Assembly (NCBI GenBank): GCA_963742655.1
Contig: CAVUMM010000008.1
Coordinates: 311,707 to 375,706, forward strand
Origin: an uncultured Candidatus Saccharibacteria bacterium
Lineage (GTDB): Bacteria > Patescibacteriota > Saccharimonadia > Saccharimonadales > UBA4665
Direction: 5' to 3'
Length of the DNA: 64,000 nt
Below the pieces are notes generated by a model. That model searched no databases. It had not been told where the DNA came from and saw only the letters and a program-made list of their open reading frames with translations. The position numbers and the translations under genes were made by a program. Position 1 is the first letter of the stretch. Every line of letters begins with the position of its first letter. Of this stretch, positions 18,194 to 27,132 are shown piece after piece.

Positions 18194-19456
18194 ACGGTGC
18201 GTCAATTTTCTAGATTTGGCCGAACGCCGTTTCGGCACGAATCGAAGATAGCTTTCGCGCTCGCCAAGCCAGAAACTCAAGACCATTAATACGACGGTGG
18301 CATAGGCCGGCCAGGCGAGCCAGAGCCACGAACCGCGCTGAGCAAAAAAGCTCCAAATGCCGTTCGGCTGGGCTGAACCGTTTGATGAGCCGGTTGATGC
18401 GCCGACAATTCCGTAAATACTGGTTGCGCCCGGTGATTTAATCAGGGCCGCCAGCTGAATAATTCTCACTGAACCCTCGGCGTCGACCGATCTAATAGTA
18501 ATCGGATAGTAACCGTTTCTGTTGTATACGTGCTGGATCCAGAATACCGGATCGACCTTAAAGATCAGCTTGGAATGCTGACCGTCTCCCCAGCTGATGT
18601 AGACCGTGTACGGCGGTACGCCGCCTTCCAGGTCGAGCGACCACTTAAACTGGCTGCCGGTCAAAAACGTCTGATAGTGAAAGTCTGCGGTAAGTAGCAG
18701 CGGCGGCTCGGTAGCACCGGAGCCGGATATAGTATAGCTGGTGCCGTTTGGCGATTGCACGGTGACGGGCGAGCCGGTTGTGCCGGTGACGGTTTTGCCC
18801 GGCTGCGATGGCTGTGTCGGCGGCGGCGAAGGCGGCGTGTACTTTATCGTAATAACCGGCGTGGTGGGGCCTGGGTCGTCGGTTTCGTTATAATCTTGAG
18901 CCCGCAATACGTTGGTACCGTCGTAACAGTTCATCTGGATGCTAAATTGGCCGCTATTGCACCAGGCGACGCCGCTGAATGTATTGTTATCGAATAACTT
19001 CACGTATGAATCAGCTGGACAGGTACCGTGTACGGTTTGGGCTGCCACAGTTACTGTTGCACCGTCGTCCGGTGCGGTTATGACGGCACCATCTACCAGC
19101 GGCGCGGCTGGCACCTTAGCTTTTACGGTGTACGATCCGGCCACTACCTTGAACGTCCAGCCGATAATTAACACGCCTGCACACAATACGAGCAGAACGC
19201 TAGCAGGGTGGAGGAGAATGCGTTTGTGTAATGGCCGAGCGGCACGGATGCGTTTTCTGGCGGTGAGTTTCGGCGTCTTACGACTGGGGGCCAGACGCTG
19301 CCCGCGAACTGCGGTCCGGTTTGTTTGCCGCCGGCGTGTCGTTTTGGACTGCTTCATGAAGCGATTTTTCTTTTTATCGTCAAGCCGCATCATAACACGG
19401 TTGTAACTGCGTTGTAAATTGATCACGCTCACCGCGTTCTGCAATATGTGTGGCAT
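18185..19456 (-). CDS. membrane protein with PKD-like domain and Arg/Lys-rich cytoplasmic N-terminus
   Basis: TM helices near both ends, Pro-rich linker PPSPPPTQPSQP, PKD-like WGDGQH...YNRNGYYPITIRSVDAEGS. True start uncertain (in-frame ATGs at 19393 and 19357). Confidence 0.6.
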   Translation of the reverse strand: MPHILQNAVSVINLQRSYNRVMMRLDDKKKNRFMKQSKTTRRRQTNRTAVRGQRLAPSRKTPKLTARKRIRAARPLHKRILLHPASVLLVLCAGVLIIGWTFKVVAGSYTVKAKVPAAPLVDGAVITAPDDGATVTVAAQTVHGTCPADSYVKLFDNNTFSGVAWCNSGQFSIQMNCYDGTNVLRAQDYNETDDPGPTTPVITIKYTPPSPPPTQPSQPGKTVTGTTGSPVTVQSPNGTSYTISGSGATEPPLLLTADFHYQTFLTGSQFKWSLDLEGGVPPYTVYISWGDGQHSKLIFKVDPVFWIQHVYNRNGYYPITIRSVDAEGSVRIIQLAALIKSPGATSIYGIVGASTGSSNGSAQPNGIWSFFAQRGSWLWLAWPAYATVVLMVLSFWLGERESYLRFVPKRRSAKSRKLTHRSR

Positions 19457-19466
19457 AATTTAAATC

Positions 19467-20039
19467 ATGACGCGTAATCGGAGGATGGTGCTGGGGAGCG
19501 TAGTCTTAGCGCTCATCGCTATCGTTGGCGGCGTAATGTTTGTTATGTCGCGATTGAACGCGCCACACCAAGGCGTGGTCCATGTTGGCGCCGTCATTCA
19601 ACCGAGCGCAACTTTTGATATGACGCCGAAGCCGGCGCAAGGCACGTATGTGACGTTTGCATATCCGGCGGGCTTGACGGTCGTTCCGAACAATCCGATC
19701 GTCAAACCGGTACTCGAACAGTTTAATTTCATACATCGCGATATTGAAACGTGGAATTTGGCGATCGCAGTACTTACTAACCCAGGTGACATCAGCACCA
19801 ACAATGCCTACCAATACCGCAAAACAAAACCATCTGAGTATAAAGAATCACAACTGACCGTCAACGGCCGGCAAGTGGTTATTATGACCGACACAAGCGT
19901 GGGTGGCTTTAGCGAAGTTGCTTTTTTGCAACACGGGCCCTACGGCGCGACGATTTCGCTTTATGGCGACGATCAGGCGGGTACGCAAGCGTTAGCGAAT
20001 ACTTTCCATATGATACTGAGCACTTGGAGCTGGAAATAG
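19467..20039 (+). CDS. hypothetical membrane-anchored protein
   Basis: 190-aa ORF with a single N-terminal TM helix; no family recognised. Confidence 0.5.
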   Translation: MTRNRRMVLGSVVLALIAIVGGVMFVMSRLNAPHQGVVHVGAVIQPSATFDMTPKPAQGTYVTFAYPAGLTVVPNNPIVKPVLEQFNFIHRDIETWNLAIAVLTNPGDISTNNAYQYRKTKPSEYKESQLTVNGRQVVIMTDTSVGGFSEVAFLQHGPYGATISLYGDDQAGTQALANTFHMILSTWSWK

Positions 20040-20045
20040 CTAGAG

Positions 20046-20074
20046 TTGCGAAATGCCGGCGGTCAAACTAGAAT
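20046..20074 (+). promoter_or_regulatory. candidate promoter TTGCGA-N17-TAGAAT, near-leaderless for the following gene
   Basis: TTGCGA 20046-20051, TAGAAT 20069-20074. ATG at 20084 is only 9 nt past the -10 and has no Shine-Dalgarno. Confidence 0.45.
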
Positions 20075-20083
20075 AAACTTGTC

Positions 20084-21109
20084 ATGGTTAAAGTCGGGCC
20101 GATTGTAGTGAGTCTGGGGACGCTTCTGTTCGCTTCGTTTTCTTCCAGCAGCACGTATCAATTAAATAGTTATAGTGTTGGGCCGGGCGGGACGAATAGT
20201 GCCGGATCGAGCACCTATAAATTGCAGGGGAGTACTGGCGAACAAGCTAACGGTTCAGCTGCCGGTTCGACTGATACGGCCGGCAATGGATCAGTTCAAA
20301 CAGAGCAGCTCAATGTGCCGCCAGCACCAACCCTCAGTAATGGCTCTGGTGCTTACTACAATAAATTGCAGTTGACCATCAATGTTGGCAACGATACTGC
20401 CAGCGATATCACCTTTGCGATTGCGGTGTCGACCGACAACTTTGTGACCACGAATTATGTTCAAGCGGACGGGACGCTCAATATTTCTCCAGTGTACCAG
20501 ACGTATGCGAGCTGGGGTGGCAGCAGCGGTTCCTTTATCACGGGACTCGCAGCAAGTACGACGTATAAAGCCAAAGTTGCGGCCAAGCAAGGCTTGTTTA
20601 CGAATACGGAATTTGGTGCCGTCGCGACTCAGAGCACCGCAGCCCCATCGATAACTTTTTCTGTATCGCCAAATTCGTTGACATTGAGTACCTTGTTGCC
20701 TGGAAGTGTTATTACGAGCTCAAACCTGGCGTTATCGCTCGATACGAACGGCGCGTCGGGAGGTGGTGTGTATGTTTCGGGCCTCAATACAGGATTAACT
20801 AGTCAGCGTGTTAGTTATACAATCCCCGCATTTTCTGGAAATCTTGCTTTACAGCCCCAAGGGTTCGGCGTGCAAGCTACCAGCCCCAGTCAATCCTCAG
20901 GCGGCCCTTTGAGTAGAGTGAGTCCGTTTGACGGTTCAGCTAACACCGTCGGCGCCGAATCAACAACGCCACAATCAATGCTTTCGTCACCCGCTGCAAT
21001 TGCGGGCGGCAGTGCCAATGCCAACGCCCAGGCCAAGGCTTCTTCAAACACGCCGGCCAGTCCTGATTACTCAGAGACATTGACATTCACTGCCGCAGCA
21101 AATTTCTGA
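20084..21109 (+). CDS. secreted surface protein P1: FN3-like domain plus WxL-like C-terminal domain
   Basis: Signal peptide; FN3-like segment PPAPT...GLAASTTYKAKVAAKQG. C-terminal ~170 aa similar to the next gene, ending DYSETLTFTAAANF. Confidence 0.7.
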   Translation: MVKVGPIVVSLGTLLFASFSSSSTYQLNSYSVGPGGTNSAGSSTYKLQGSTGEQANGSAAGSTDTAGNGSVQTEQLNVPPAPTLSNGSGAYYNKLQLTINVGNDTASDITFAIAVSTDNFVTTNYVQADGTLNISPVYQTYASWGGSSGSFITGLAASTTYKAKVAAKQGLFTNTEFGAVATQSTAAPSITFSVSPNSLTLSTLLPGSVITSSNLALSLDTNGASGGGVYVSGLNTGLTSQRVSYTIPAFSGNLALQPQGFGVQATSPSQSSGGPLSRVSPFDGSANTVGAESTTPQSMLSSPAAIAGGSANANAQAKASSNTPASPDYSETLTFTAAANF

Positions 21110-21232
21110 AAAATGTAAGATTTTTAACACACAAATCATTGCTTTGCTTATGTTTTTATAATAAGCTTATGTTATCCGAAAAGTAACAGCAGAAAATAAC
21201 AGTCATTAACTTTAAGCAGGAAAGTTCTGCAT

Positions 21233-22282
21233 ATGAAGCGTATAAAAGTAACAATTTCTAGAAAACTACAACTCGCACTCGTCTTGTTAGGCGTGGTGAC
21301 GGTCAATGTGGCATTTTTGCCGGTAGCATCGGCTGCAACATTTATGACGCATGCCACGGTCATGGAAACAAATATGAATACTTCCGGACAATCCGCACTG
21401 ATTGTAGCCTTTACGGCTGGTGCGGCTGACAGCGGCAACTTGGTTATCAACATGGGCACCGCGACTTCAGCCGTGTTGGCGGCGCCTGCAATATCGACGA
21501 CTTACAATGGGGTTGATTGTAAAACAATTACCGGCGCGGCTAATGACCTGCCAGGCACACTGTCTTCCTCGGGTAACTCAAATCCTACCATTACTGTTAC
21601 CGGCGTTACAGCATTAACAGCAGGACAATCGTACTGTGTTGTTGTGGGCTCTTTTGCGGCACAAACTGCAGTTACAAACGTGGCATCTTCGAATTCGTAC
21701 GCTGTCACCCTGACAGATGGAACAGACTCAGCTACGGTTGCGATTGACTTGATTGCAAACGATCAAGTTGTCGTGAACGCGACAGTGGCCCCGGCGTTTA
21801 CGTTGGCGCTCAGCGGAAACACTGATAACTTTACTGGCAACTTGTCATCAGGTTCTATTGCCACGACTACCGGTGTAACAGCGACGGTCAACACAAACGC
21901 TAAGACGGGCTGGTTCTTGTGGGGTTCAGATTCTAATACAGGCATTAAGTCGGCAACTCAGAACTACACAGTGCCTTCGCGAACACCAGGCACCAATGCT
22001 ACATTGACTAATGGAACAGAAGGATACCTTACGGGTCTGCCAGCTGGTGGCATTACGCAGGGGAGTGGCGCCGGTACGACGACTGCCACGACCGCCTATG
22101 CTTCATCCGGCTCTGGTAATGGAAGTGGATTGGATGGCACTCCCCGTCAGCTAGCCAGTAGCGATGGTACTGCCAATGGCGCGATTGTCACCGTAAAGGA
22201 ATTCGGCACGATTGCCGGCACTACCCCGGCTGCATCTGATTACAGTGATACAGTTACACTTGTCGGCGCGGGCAGTTTCTAG
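21233..22282 (+). CDS. secreted surface protein P2 with WxL-like C-terminal domain
   Basis: Signal peptide ending VASAATF; AGGAAAG RBS. C-terminal domain contains TGWFLWGS and ends DYSDTVTLVGAGSF. Confidence 0.7.
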   Translation: MKRIKVTISRKLQLALVLLGVVTVNVAFLPVASAATFMTHATVMETNMNTSGQSALIVAFTAGAADSGNLVINMGTATSAVLAAPAISTTYNGVDCKTITGAANDLPGTLSSSGNSNPTITVTGVTALTAGQSYCVVVGSFAAQTAVTNVASSNSYAVTLTDGTDSATVAIDLIANDQVVVNATVAPAFTLALSGNTDNFTGNLSSGSIATTTGVTATVNTNAKTGWFLWGSDSNTGIKSATQNYTVPSRTPGTNATLTNGTEGYLTGLPAGGITQGSGAGTTTATTAYASSGSGNGSGLDGTPRQLASSDGTANGAIVTVKEFGTIAGTTPAASDYSDTVTLVGAGSF

Positions 22283-22295
22283 GATAATTACATAC

Positions 22296-23351
22296 ATGTT
22301 GCGGTTCGTGAAACCGGCTTTGGTAGCTGGTGGGGTTGGATTAATATTGGCGGCGGCCGTTGTCGGCGCGATTCGCCCGGCTAGTGCGGCATCAAGCACC
22401 GGCTCTGTGTTGACGACTTCGCCCGTCGCCATAGATCTTGCGGCATCGCCCGGATCGAAAGCCACCACCACACTGCAGGTCCAGAACAACGGCACCAAAT
22501 CAGTCACGATAGATGTTGAATTAGAGAAGTTCAAGGCCAACGGCGAGAGCGGGCAGGCACAGATTTACAAGCCGTCTTCTGATGACCCGTCAGTGTCGTG
22601 GGTGCATTTTTCCCGGACTTCTTTTACGGCAGATCCAGGCGTTTGGAATTCCGTAACTATGACAGTCGAGCTGCCTATCAGTGCAGCCTACGGCTATTAC
22701 TATGCGGTTTTGTTTGAGCCGCAAATTACAACCGTTGGCAGTACCCACAATAAAGTAAAAGGCGCCAACGCCATCTTTGTACTGTTAAATGCGCAAGTCG
22801 CCAATGAAAATAATGTATTGCAGGTTAAGAGCTTTAGTTCGGACAAATCGTTATACCAGTACCTTCCTGCGAGTTTTAGCATGACGACGCATAATAGCGG
22901 CAATATTTATACCGCACCAAAGGGCGAAGTATTTATCAGCCGAACCAAAAACGGCCCAGCCATTGCAACGCTCGATATCAATCCCGGGCAGGGCAATGTA
23001 CTGCCAGGCACCAGTCGTATTTTCCAGGTAACCTGGAAGGATGGCTTTCCCGTGTATCAGGTCAAACGCGTTGACGGGCAAATTGTGTCTGATAAAAATG
23101 GCAAACCCGAGCAGACCTTGCACTGGAATGGCAACGTATCCAAGTTCCGATTTGGAAAATACTATGCTCGCTTGGTACTAGTGTACAGCCAAGACGGAAA
23201 AGATGTCCCTGTTACTGCACAAGTATCATTTTGGGTAGTGCCATGGACCGTAGTTGTCATTCTGATCGTGATCTTGATACTCATTGTATTTGGCATTTGG
23301 GCGGTGCTAAAGGACACCAATAAAGCTGTCCGATGGTTCCGCAAATCGTAA
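22296..23351 (+). CDS. membrane-anchored Ig-like surface protein P3 (DUF916/DUF3324-like topology)
   Basis: ATG 22296. Signal peptide, two beta-rich halves (DLAASPGSKATTTLQVQNNG..., SWVHFSRTSFTADPG...YGYYYAVLF, VLPGTSRIFQV), C-terminal TM helix and KAVRWFRKS tail. Confidence 0.7.
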   Translation: MLRFVKPALVAGGVGLILAAAVVGAIRPASAASSTGSVLTTSPVAIDLAASPGSKATTTLQVQNNGTKSVTIDVELEKFKANGESGQAQIYKPSSDDPSVSWVHFSRTSFTADPGVWNSVTMTVELPISAAYGYYYAVLFEPQITTVGSTHNKVKGANAIFVLLNAQVANENNVLQVKSFSSDKSLYQYLPASFSMTTHNSGNIYTAPKGEVFISRTKNGPAIATLDINPGQGNVLPGTSRIFQVTWKDGFPVYQVKRVDGQIVSDKNGKPEQTLHWNGNVSKFRFGKYYARLVLVYSQDGKDVPVTAQVSFWVVPWTVVVILIVILILIVFGIWAVLKDTNKAVRWFRKS

Positions 23352-24349
23352 GGCGTGTCTGTTTACTGACAGCTGCGTTATGTTGTCTGCTGCCAGCTGT
23401 CATTGCCGGCGCCAAGAGCCAGGCACCGAGCACGCAGCCGCAGCCCCAGGGGATTACTGTTTCACCTGCGATAGAGCAATTAACGTTGCACCAAAACCAA
23501 TCGGTAGCTACGTTCCCGACAACGGTGACAAATCATACGGGTTCCACGGTGCTCATCACGGTCAAAGCAAGGGACTTCACAGCATCAAGCGATGGCAAAA
23601 GATTGACGTTTATTGGCAATACAGAATCTTCATCCAAGCCACATGGTTTAAGTAATTCTCTAAAAATGAGCCCGAGCCAAGCCACGCTTGCACCGGGCGC
23701 AAACCAAAAAGTACTCGTTGCGGTGAGTAACGCCACCAATTTGGCGCCAGGCGGGCACTATGCGGCATTAATATATATGGCCCGCGGCGTCAATCAAAAG
23801 CAGAAAAACACGGTAGCGATTCGCGAGGCAGTGTCGTGTCTGGTTTTTGTAAATACTTACGGTGGGGGCACGCAAACGACTACCCTTTCTGTCCCTTCCA
23901 TGAGCGGGCTGGTGACGAGCTTGCCGAAAAATATAAATGTTGTGCTGACGAATTCGGGTAACACGCCAACGGTGCCGCGCGGGTACGTGCAAATAATTAA
24001 TTCGAAGTCGATGCTGTTAGCGCAAAACCAATTAAATGTTGATTCGAGCATGATTCTGCCGGGTAGTACTCGACTGTTTCCGATTTCTCTAGTAACGGTC
24101 GGTGATCATGCATGGTATGGTGTGTACCATCTAAAAATCTTTTACCGACACGACGGGCAGAAAAATTTTAATGTGTACGACAAAAAGCTGCTGCTCGTAA
24201 GCGCTCAACTCATTATTTCCGCTTGCATATTAGTGGTTGTCTTAATTGCAGTCGCAGTATGGTTGTTTAAGCTCCGCGCTAAGCCAAAATTAAAACCCGA
24301 ATCAAAACCGACAGTCCCCAAAAAATCAGTTCGTATCGAGGTGAAATAG
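23333..24349 (+). CDS. membrane-anchored Ig-like surface protein P4, paralogue of P3
   Basis: Same layout as P3: signal peptide, ITVSPAIEQLTLHQNQSVATFPTTVTNHTG..., ILPGSTRLFPI, C-terminal TM and Lys-rich tail. Overlaps the P3 end by 19 nt. Confidence 0.7.
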   Translation: MVPQIVRRVCLLTAALCCLLPAVIAGAKSQAPSTQPQPQGITVSPAIEQLTLHQNQSVATFPTTVTNHTGSTVLITVKARDFTASSDGKRLTFIGNTESSSKPHGLSNSLKMSPSQATLAPGANQKVLVAVSNATNLAPGGHYAALIYMARGVNQKQKNTVAIREAVSCLVFVNTYGGGTQTTTLSVPSMSGLVTSLPKNINVVLTNSGNTPTVPRGYVQIINSKSMLLAQNQLNVDSSMILPGSTRLFPISLVTVGDHAWYGVYHLKIFYRHDGQKNFNVYDKKLLLVSAQLIISACILVVVLIAVAVWLFKLRAKPKLKPESKPTVPKKSVRIEVK

Positions 24350-24393
24350 CACCAGCCCACGCCGCATTGCCCAAATAGTATAATATAAGGTAC

Positions 24394-25086
24394 ATGTTGG
24401 CAAAGAAGTCTCGGACAGGGCGGTTGGTGACTGAATATTTTCACGCCCACGGCGAGCAGCGATTATTGCGCAAAAGCGAGCAGATACCTAGCAATGATCT
24501 TATTAATTGCATATTTTTGGTGGAGAGCGGCTTTGTGACGGCGGGTCTTGGGGGTGAACGTTCGCCCACGCGAGCACAGTATATCTATGGCCCGGGCGAC
24601 TTGTTGCAGCTGCAACATCTGGTTGCCAAGAGTCGTCTTGATATCGAATACTACGCCCTGTCTCCGGCTGCAGTGTATAAACTCCCCGCCGAACTGTTGG
24701 TCGAAGCGATTGGTCGCCAAAAAGATTTGGCCAACGATTTGCTGCGTTTGACCATTTTACAAAGCGAACTGCAAGCCAAACGGATCGAGAATTTAAGCTA
24801 CCGATTTGCGAGCGATAAGTTGATATACCGCATCCTGCATTTAGCGGAACGTTTTGGGGTGATGAGAGAGGAATCGGTGTATATACAAATACCGATTACG
24901 CATCGGGAGCTCGGCATGTTTATAAATATGGCACGCGAAAGCGTATCGAGAGAGATGCAAAAGCTGATCGACAAAGACCTCATTAAATACGAACGGCAAC
25001 GTATTACTATCCTCGAGCCCGAGCAGCTGATTGCTGCCCTGCACGAGACGATACGGACAGACTGGCGAAGCATATTGTCTGCCTGA
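24394..25086 (+). CDS. Crp/Fnr family transcriptional regulator
   Basis: 230 aa; N-terminal cNMP-binding-like beta-roll, C-terminal HTH THRELGMFINMARESVSREMQKL. Confidence 0.85.
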   Translation: MLAKKSRTGRLVTEYFHAHGEQRLLRKSEQIPSNDLINCIFLVESGFVTAGLGGERSPTRAQYIYGPGDLLQLQHLVAKSRLDIEYYALSPAAVYKLPAELLVEAIGRQKDLANDLLRLTILQSELQAKRIENLSYRFASDKLIYRILHLAERFGVMREESVYIQIPITHRELGMFINMARESVSREMQKLIDKDLIKYERQRITILEPEQLIAALHETIRTDWRSILSA

Positions 25087-25130
25087 ATTCGCTACATTAC
25101 TGGTGTGAAAAGGGCGGCGGCCGAGTGAGC

Positions 25131-25144
25131 GTGATGGCAATCAC
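25131..25144. promoter_or_regulatory. palindrome GTGAT-N4-ATCAC, candidate Crp/Fnr-type operator
   Basis: 5-bp inverted arms with a 4-nt spacer (FNR-like geometry), centred about 32 bp upstream of a TAAAAT -10 box (25169-25174). That puts it near -42 of the predicted start site; AGGAG RBS at 25194-25198. Confidence 0.35.
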
Positions 25145-25205
25145 CAAGCTATCAACGCGATAACAGGCTAAAATATAGACACAAGCGATTTGTAGGAGCG
25201 CAGCA

Positions 25206-27119
25206 ATGAGAGTTATGGAAAATAGGCATCGCCTCTTGGGGTTGTTAACTTTGAGTTGCTTGTTCATGCCCTTCTTAATGCCCGCGTCCGCTCAGGCTGC
25301 CGCGGGCATTAATCCCGAAATAAACTTCCAGGGCAAGGTTGTGCAATCGGACGGCACCAACATTACGGACGGGTCGCATAATATGGAATTCAAAATCTAC
25401 TCGGGTGATAGTTGCGACCCGACTACCGGGTCAAGCTGTACGCTCGATTGGACGGGCGACTGGCTGGTGTCGGCGTCGCATCCGGTTGACTTTGTGAGCG
25501 GCACGTTTCAGGCTGATCTTGGTTCGGTCACATCTTTTGGCGGAAGTGTTGACTGGAATAGTTATCCCCTTTATTTATCGTTGCAGGTCGGGGATTTGTC
25601 TTCATGTACGATCAGCACTTCGTTTCAGGCGGATTGCGGCGGGGATGGCGAGATGAAGCCGTATATATTGTTGACGGCGACACCCTACGCGCTGAATGCC
25701 GGCGAACTTGACGGGCTGTCATCATCGGCTTACGGACAGCTGGCGCTTGATCAAACGCGCACTGGAACGTATGCCATCCAAAATACATCAAGTGCTGCGT
25801 TCGCTGTGCAGAGTGCCGGCGGCGCTAACACCACGCTTGCCGTTGATACCGGCAACGGATACGTAGGCATCGGCACGCCAACGCCTGGCGCTAATCTTGA
25901 TATTAAAAATGCCGGTTCTGGCACGGCGGTGAATGTAGAGGCCGATACACCTCCAACTGCGAATATGGTGAGCATTTCGAACGCCGGGCAGGCCGTCGCC
26001 ACCGATAATGTGAATGACTTGGCGGTCAATTTTGCCGGGGGCAACTCAAATGGGGAATCGGCCGGAGTAAGGATTGATTATGCGCCGGGCAGCACGAGCG
26101 GCGGCACTTGGGACGGTCTTCACGTTGTGGCAAATGCGACCGGCCCAGGCAGCGGTGTCACTAGCTACGGTGTAAAGGTTGATGGCCCAACAAGTCCGGG
26201 CGGCGGCACACAGGAAGGAGTAAAAATTACTACCGGTTTCGACATCGGCCTTGATATTGACTCCGGTGGCATCCAGTTGGCCGATATGTCTTCATCTCCC
26301 GCCGCTCCAGCGGCCAACGAATTGAAAGTTTACGCCAGAAGTATTTCCGGCAGGTCAATGTTGTCCGAGCAAGGGCCGAGCGGCGTGGCTTATGCGCTTC
26401 AGCCAAGCTTGTTCCAGCAAAATGTCGTGCTTGTAACCGGCGGCGCCAATACCAACAACGGCCAATATACGACTATCGGATCGAATGTTAACGCTTCCGG
26501 TACGCTGACATCCCAAAACGGCAGTAGTTCGGAGGCGCTCGGCAATACCAGCCGAATCGCGACCGGCACGACAGCCAATACGGTCGCCGGCTTTTATACT
26601 AAAAACGTGTATTACCTGGGGTCGACTGCCAACGGCGCTGATGGATTTTTCTACTTTGCCAGAATGAATTTGAACGGCCAGGCGATCGGTAATTACAAAA
26701 GCGGCACCACCGGTTCGCGCATTTTTATGGGTATGTGCGGCGCGACGTATACGAATTGCGGTTCTTCGGACTCGCCGACAACATCAAACGCGGCCGGCTT
26801 TCAATTTTCCGGTGCTCGCGGCGATAACGACTTTCAATTCCTGACCTGCAACGCTTCGGCCTGTAGTGTGGTCGATACGGGAGTCGCGATTAACAACTCG
26901 AGCACGTTTGATTTTTATGCGTACACGCCGCCGCAAGGCACGACGATTTACTGGCGTATAGACGATGTGACGAACGGAACGGCGCCTGTCGAGGGAAATA
27001 CGGCGACGGATTTGCCCGCCGGCAGCGGGGCAATGAATGCGGGTATGACTATCACGAATCTTTCGGCTGCGAACCGTTTCCTGTATTTCCAGCGCATGTA
27101 TCTTGAGACTGATCGGTAA
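25206..27119 (+). CDS. large secreted fibre-like surface protein F1
   Basis: 637 aa; signal peptide ending ASAQAAAG. N-terminal ~150-aa module shared with the 27970 gene (INxxxxFxGK, DGTxNMEFKIY, CGGDGEM, LTATPYAxNA, LDGxxSS); Gly/Thr/Ala-rich middle; distinct C-terminal domain. Confidence 0.75.
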   Translation: MRVMENRHRLLGLLTLSCLFMPFLMPASAQAAAGINPEINFQGKVVQSDGTNITDGSHNMEFKIYSGDSCDPTTGSSCTLDWTGDWLVSASHPVDFVSGTFQADLGSVTSFGGSVDWNSYPLYLSLQVGDLSSCTISTSFQADCGGDGEMKPYILLTATPYALNAGELDGLSSSAYGQLALDQTRTGTYAIQNTSSAAFAVQSAGGANTTLAVDTGNGYVGIGTPTPGANLDIKNAGSGTAVNVEADTPPTANMVSISNAGQAVATDNVNDLAVNFAGGNSNGESAGVRIDYAPGSTSGGTWDGLHVVANATGPGSGVTSYGVKVDGPTSPGGGTQEGVKITTGFDIGLDIDSGGIQLADMSSSPAAPAANELKVYARSISGRSMLSEQGPSGVAYALQPSLFQQNVVLVTGGANTNNGQYTTIGSNVNASGTLTSQNGSSSEALGNTSRIATGTTANTVAGFYTKNVYYLGSTANGADGFFYFARMNLNGQAIGNYKSGTTGSRIFMGMCGATYTNCGSSDSPTTSNAAGFQFSGARGDNDFQFLTCNASACSVVDTGVAINNSSTFDFYAYTPPQGTTIYWRIDDVTNGTAPVEGNTATDLPAGSGAMNAGMTITNLSAANRFLYFQRMYLETDR

Positions 27120-27132
27120 GCATAAACTTTGC

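Noticed and set aside
21110-21232. Direct and inverted copies of GCTTATGTT / ATAAGC and a TATAAT box upstream of P2
   Set aside because: The -35/-10 spacing does not give a convincing promoter, and the short repeats are within chance expectation for an AT-rich spacer.
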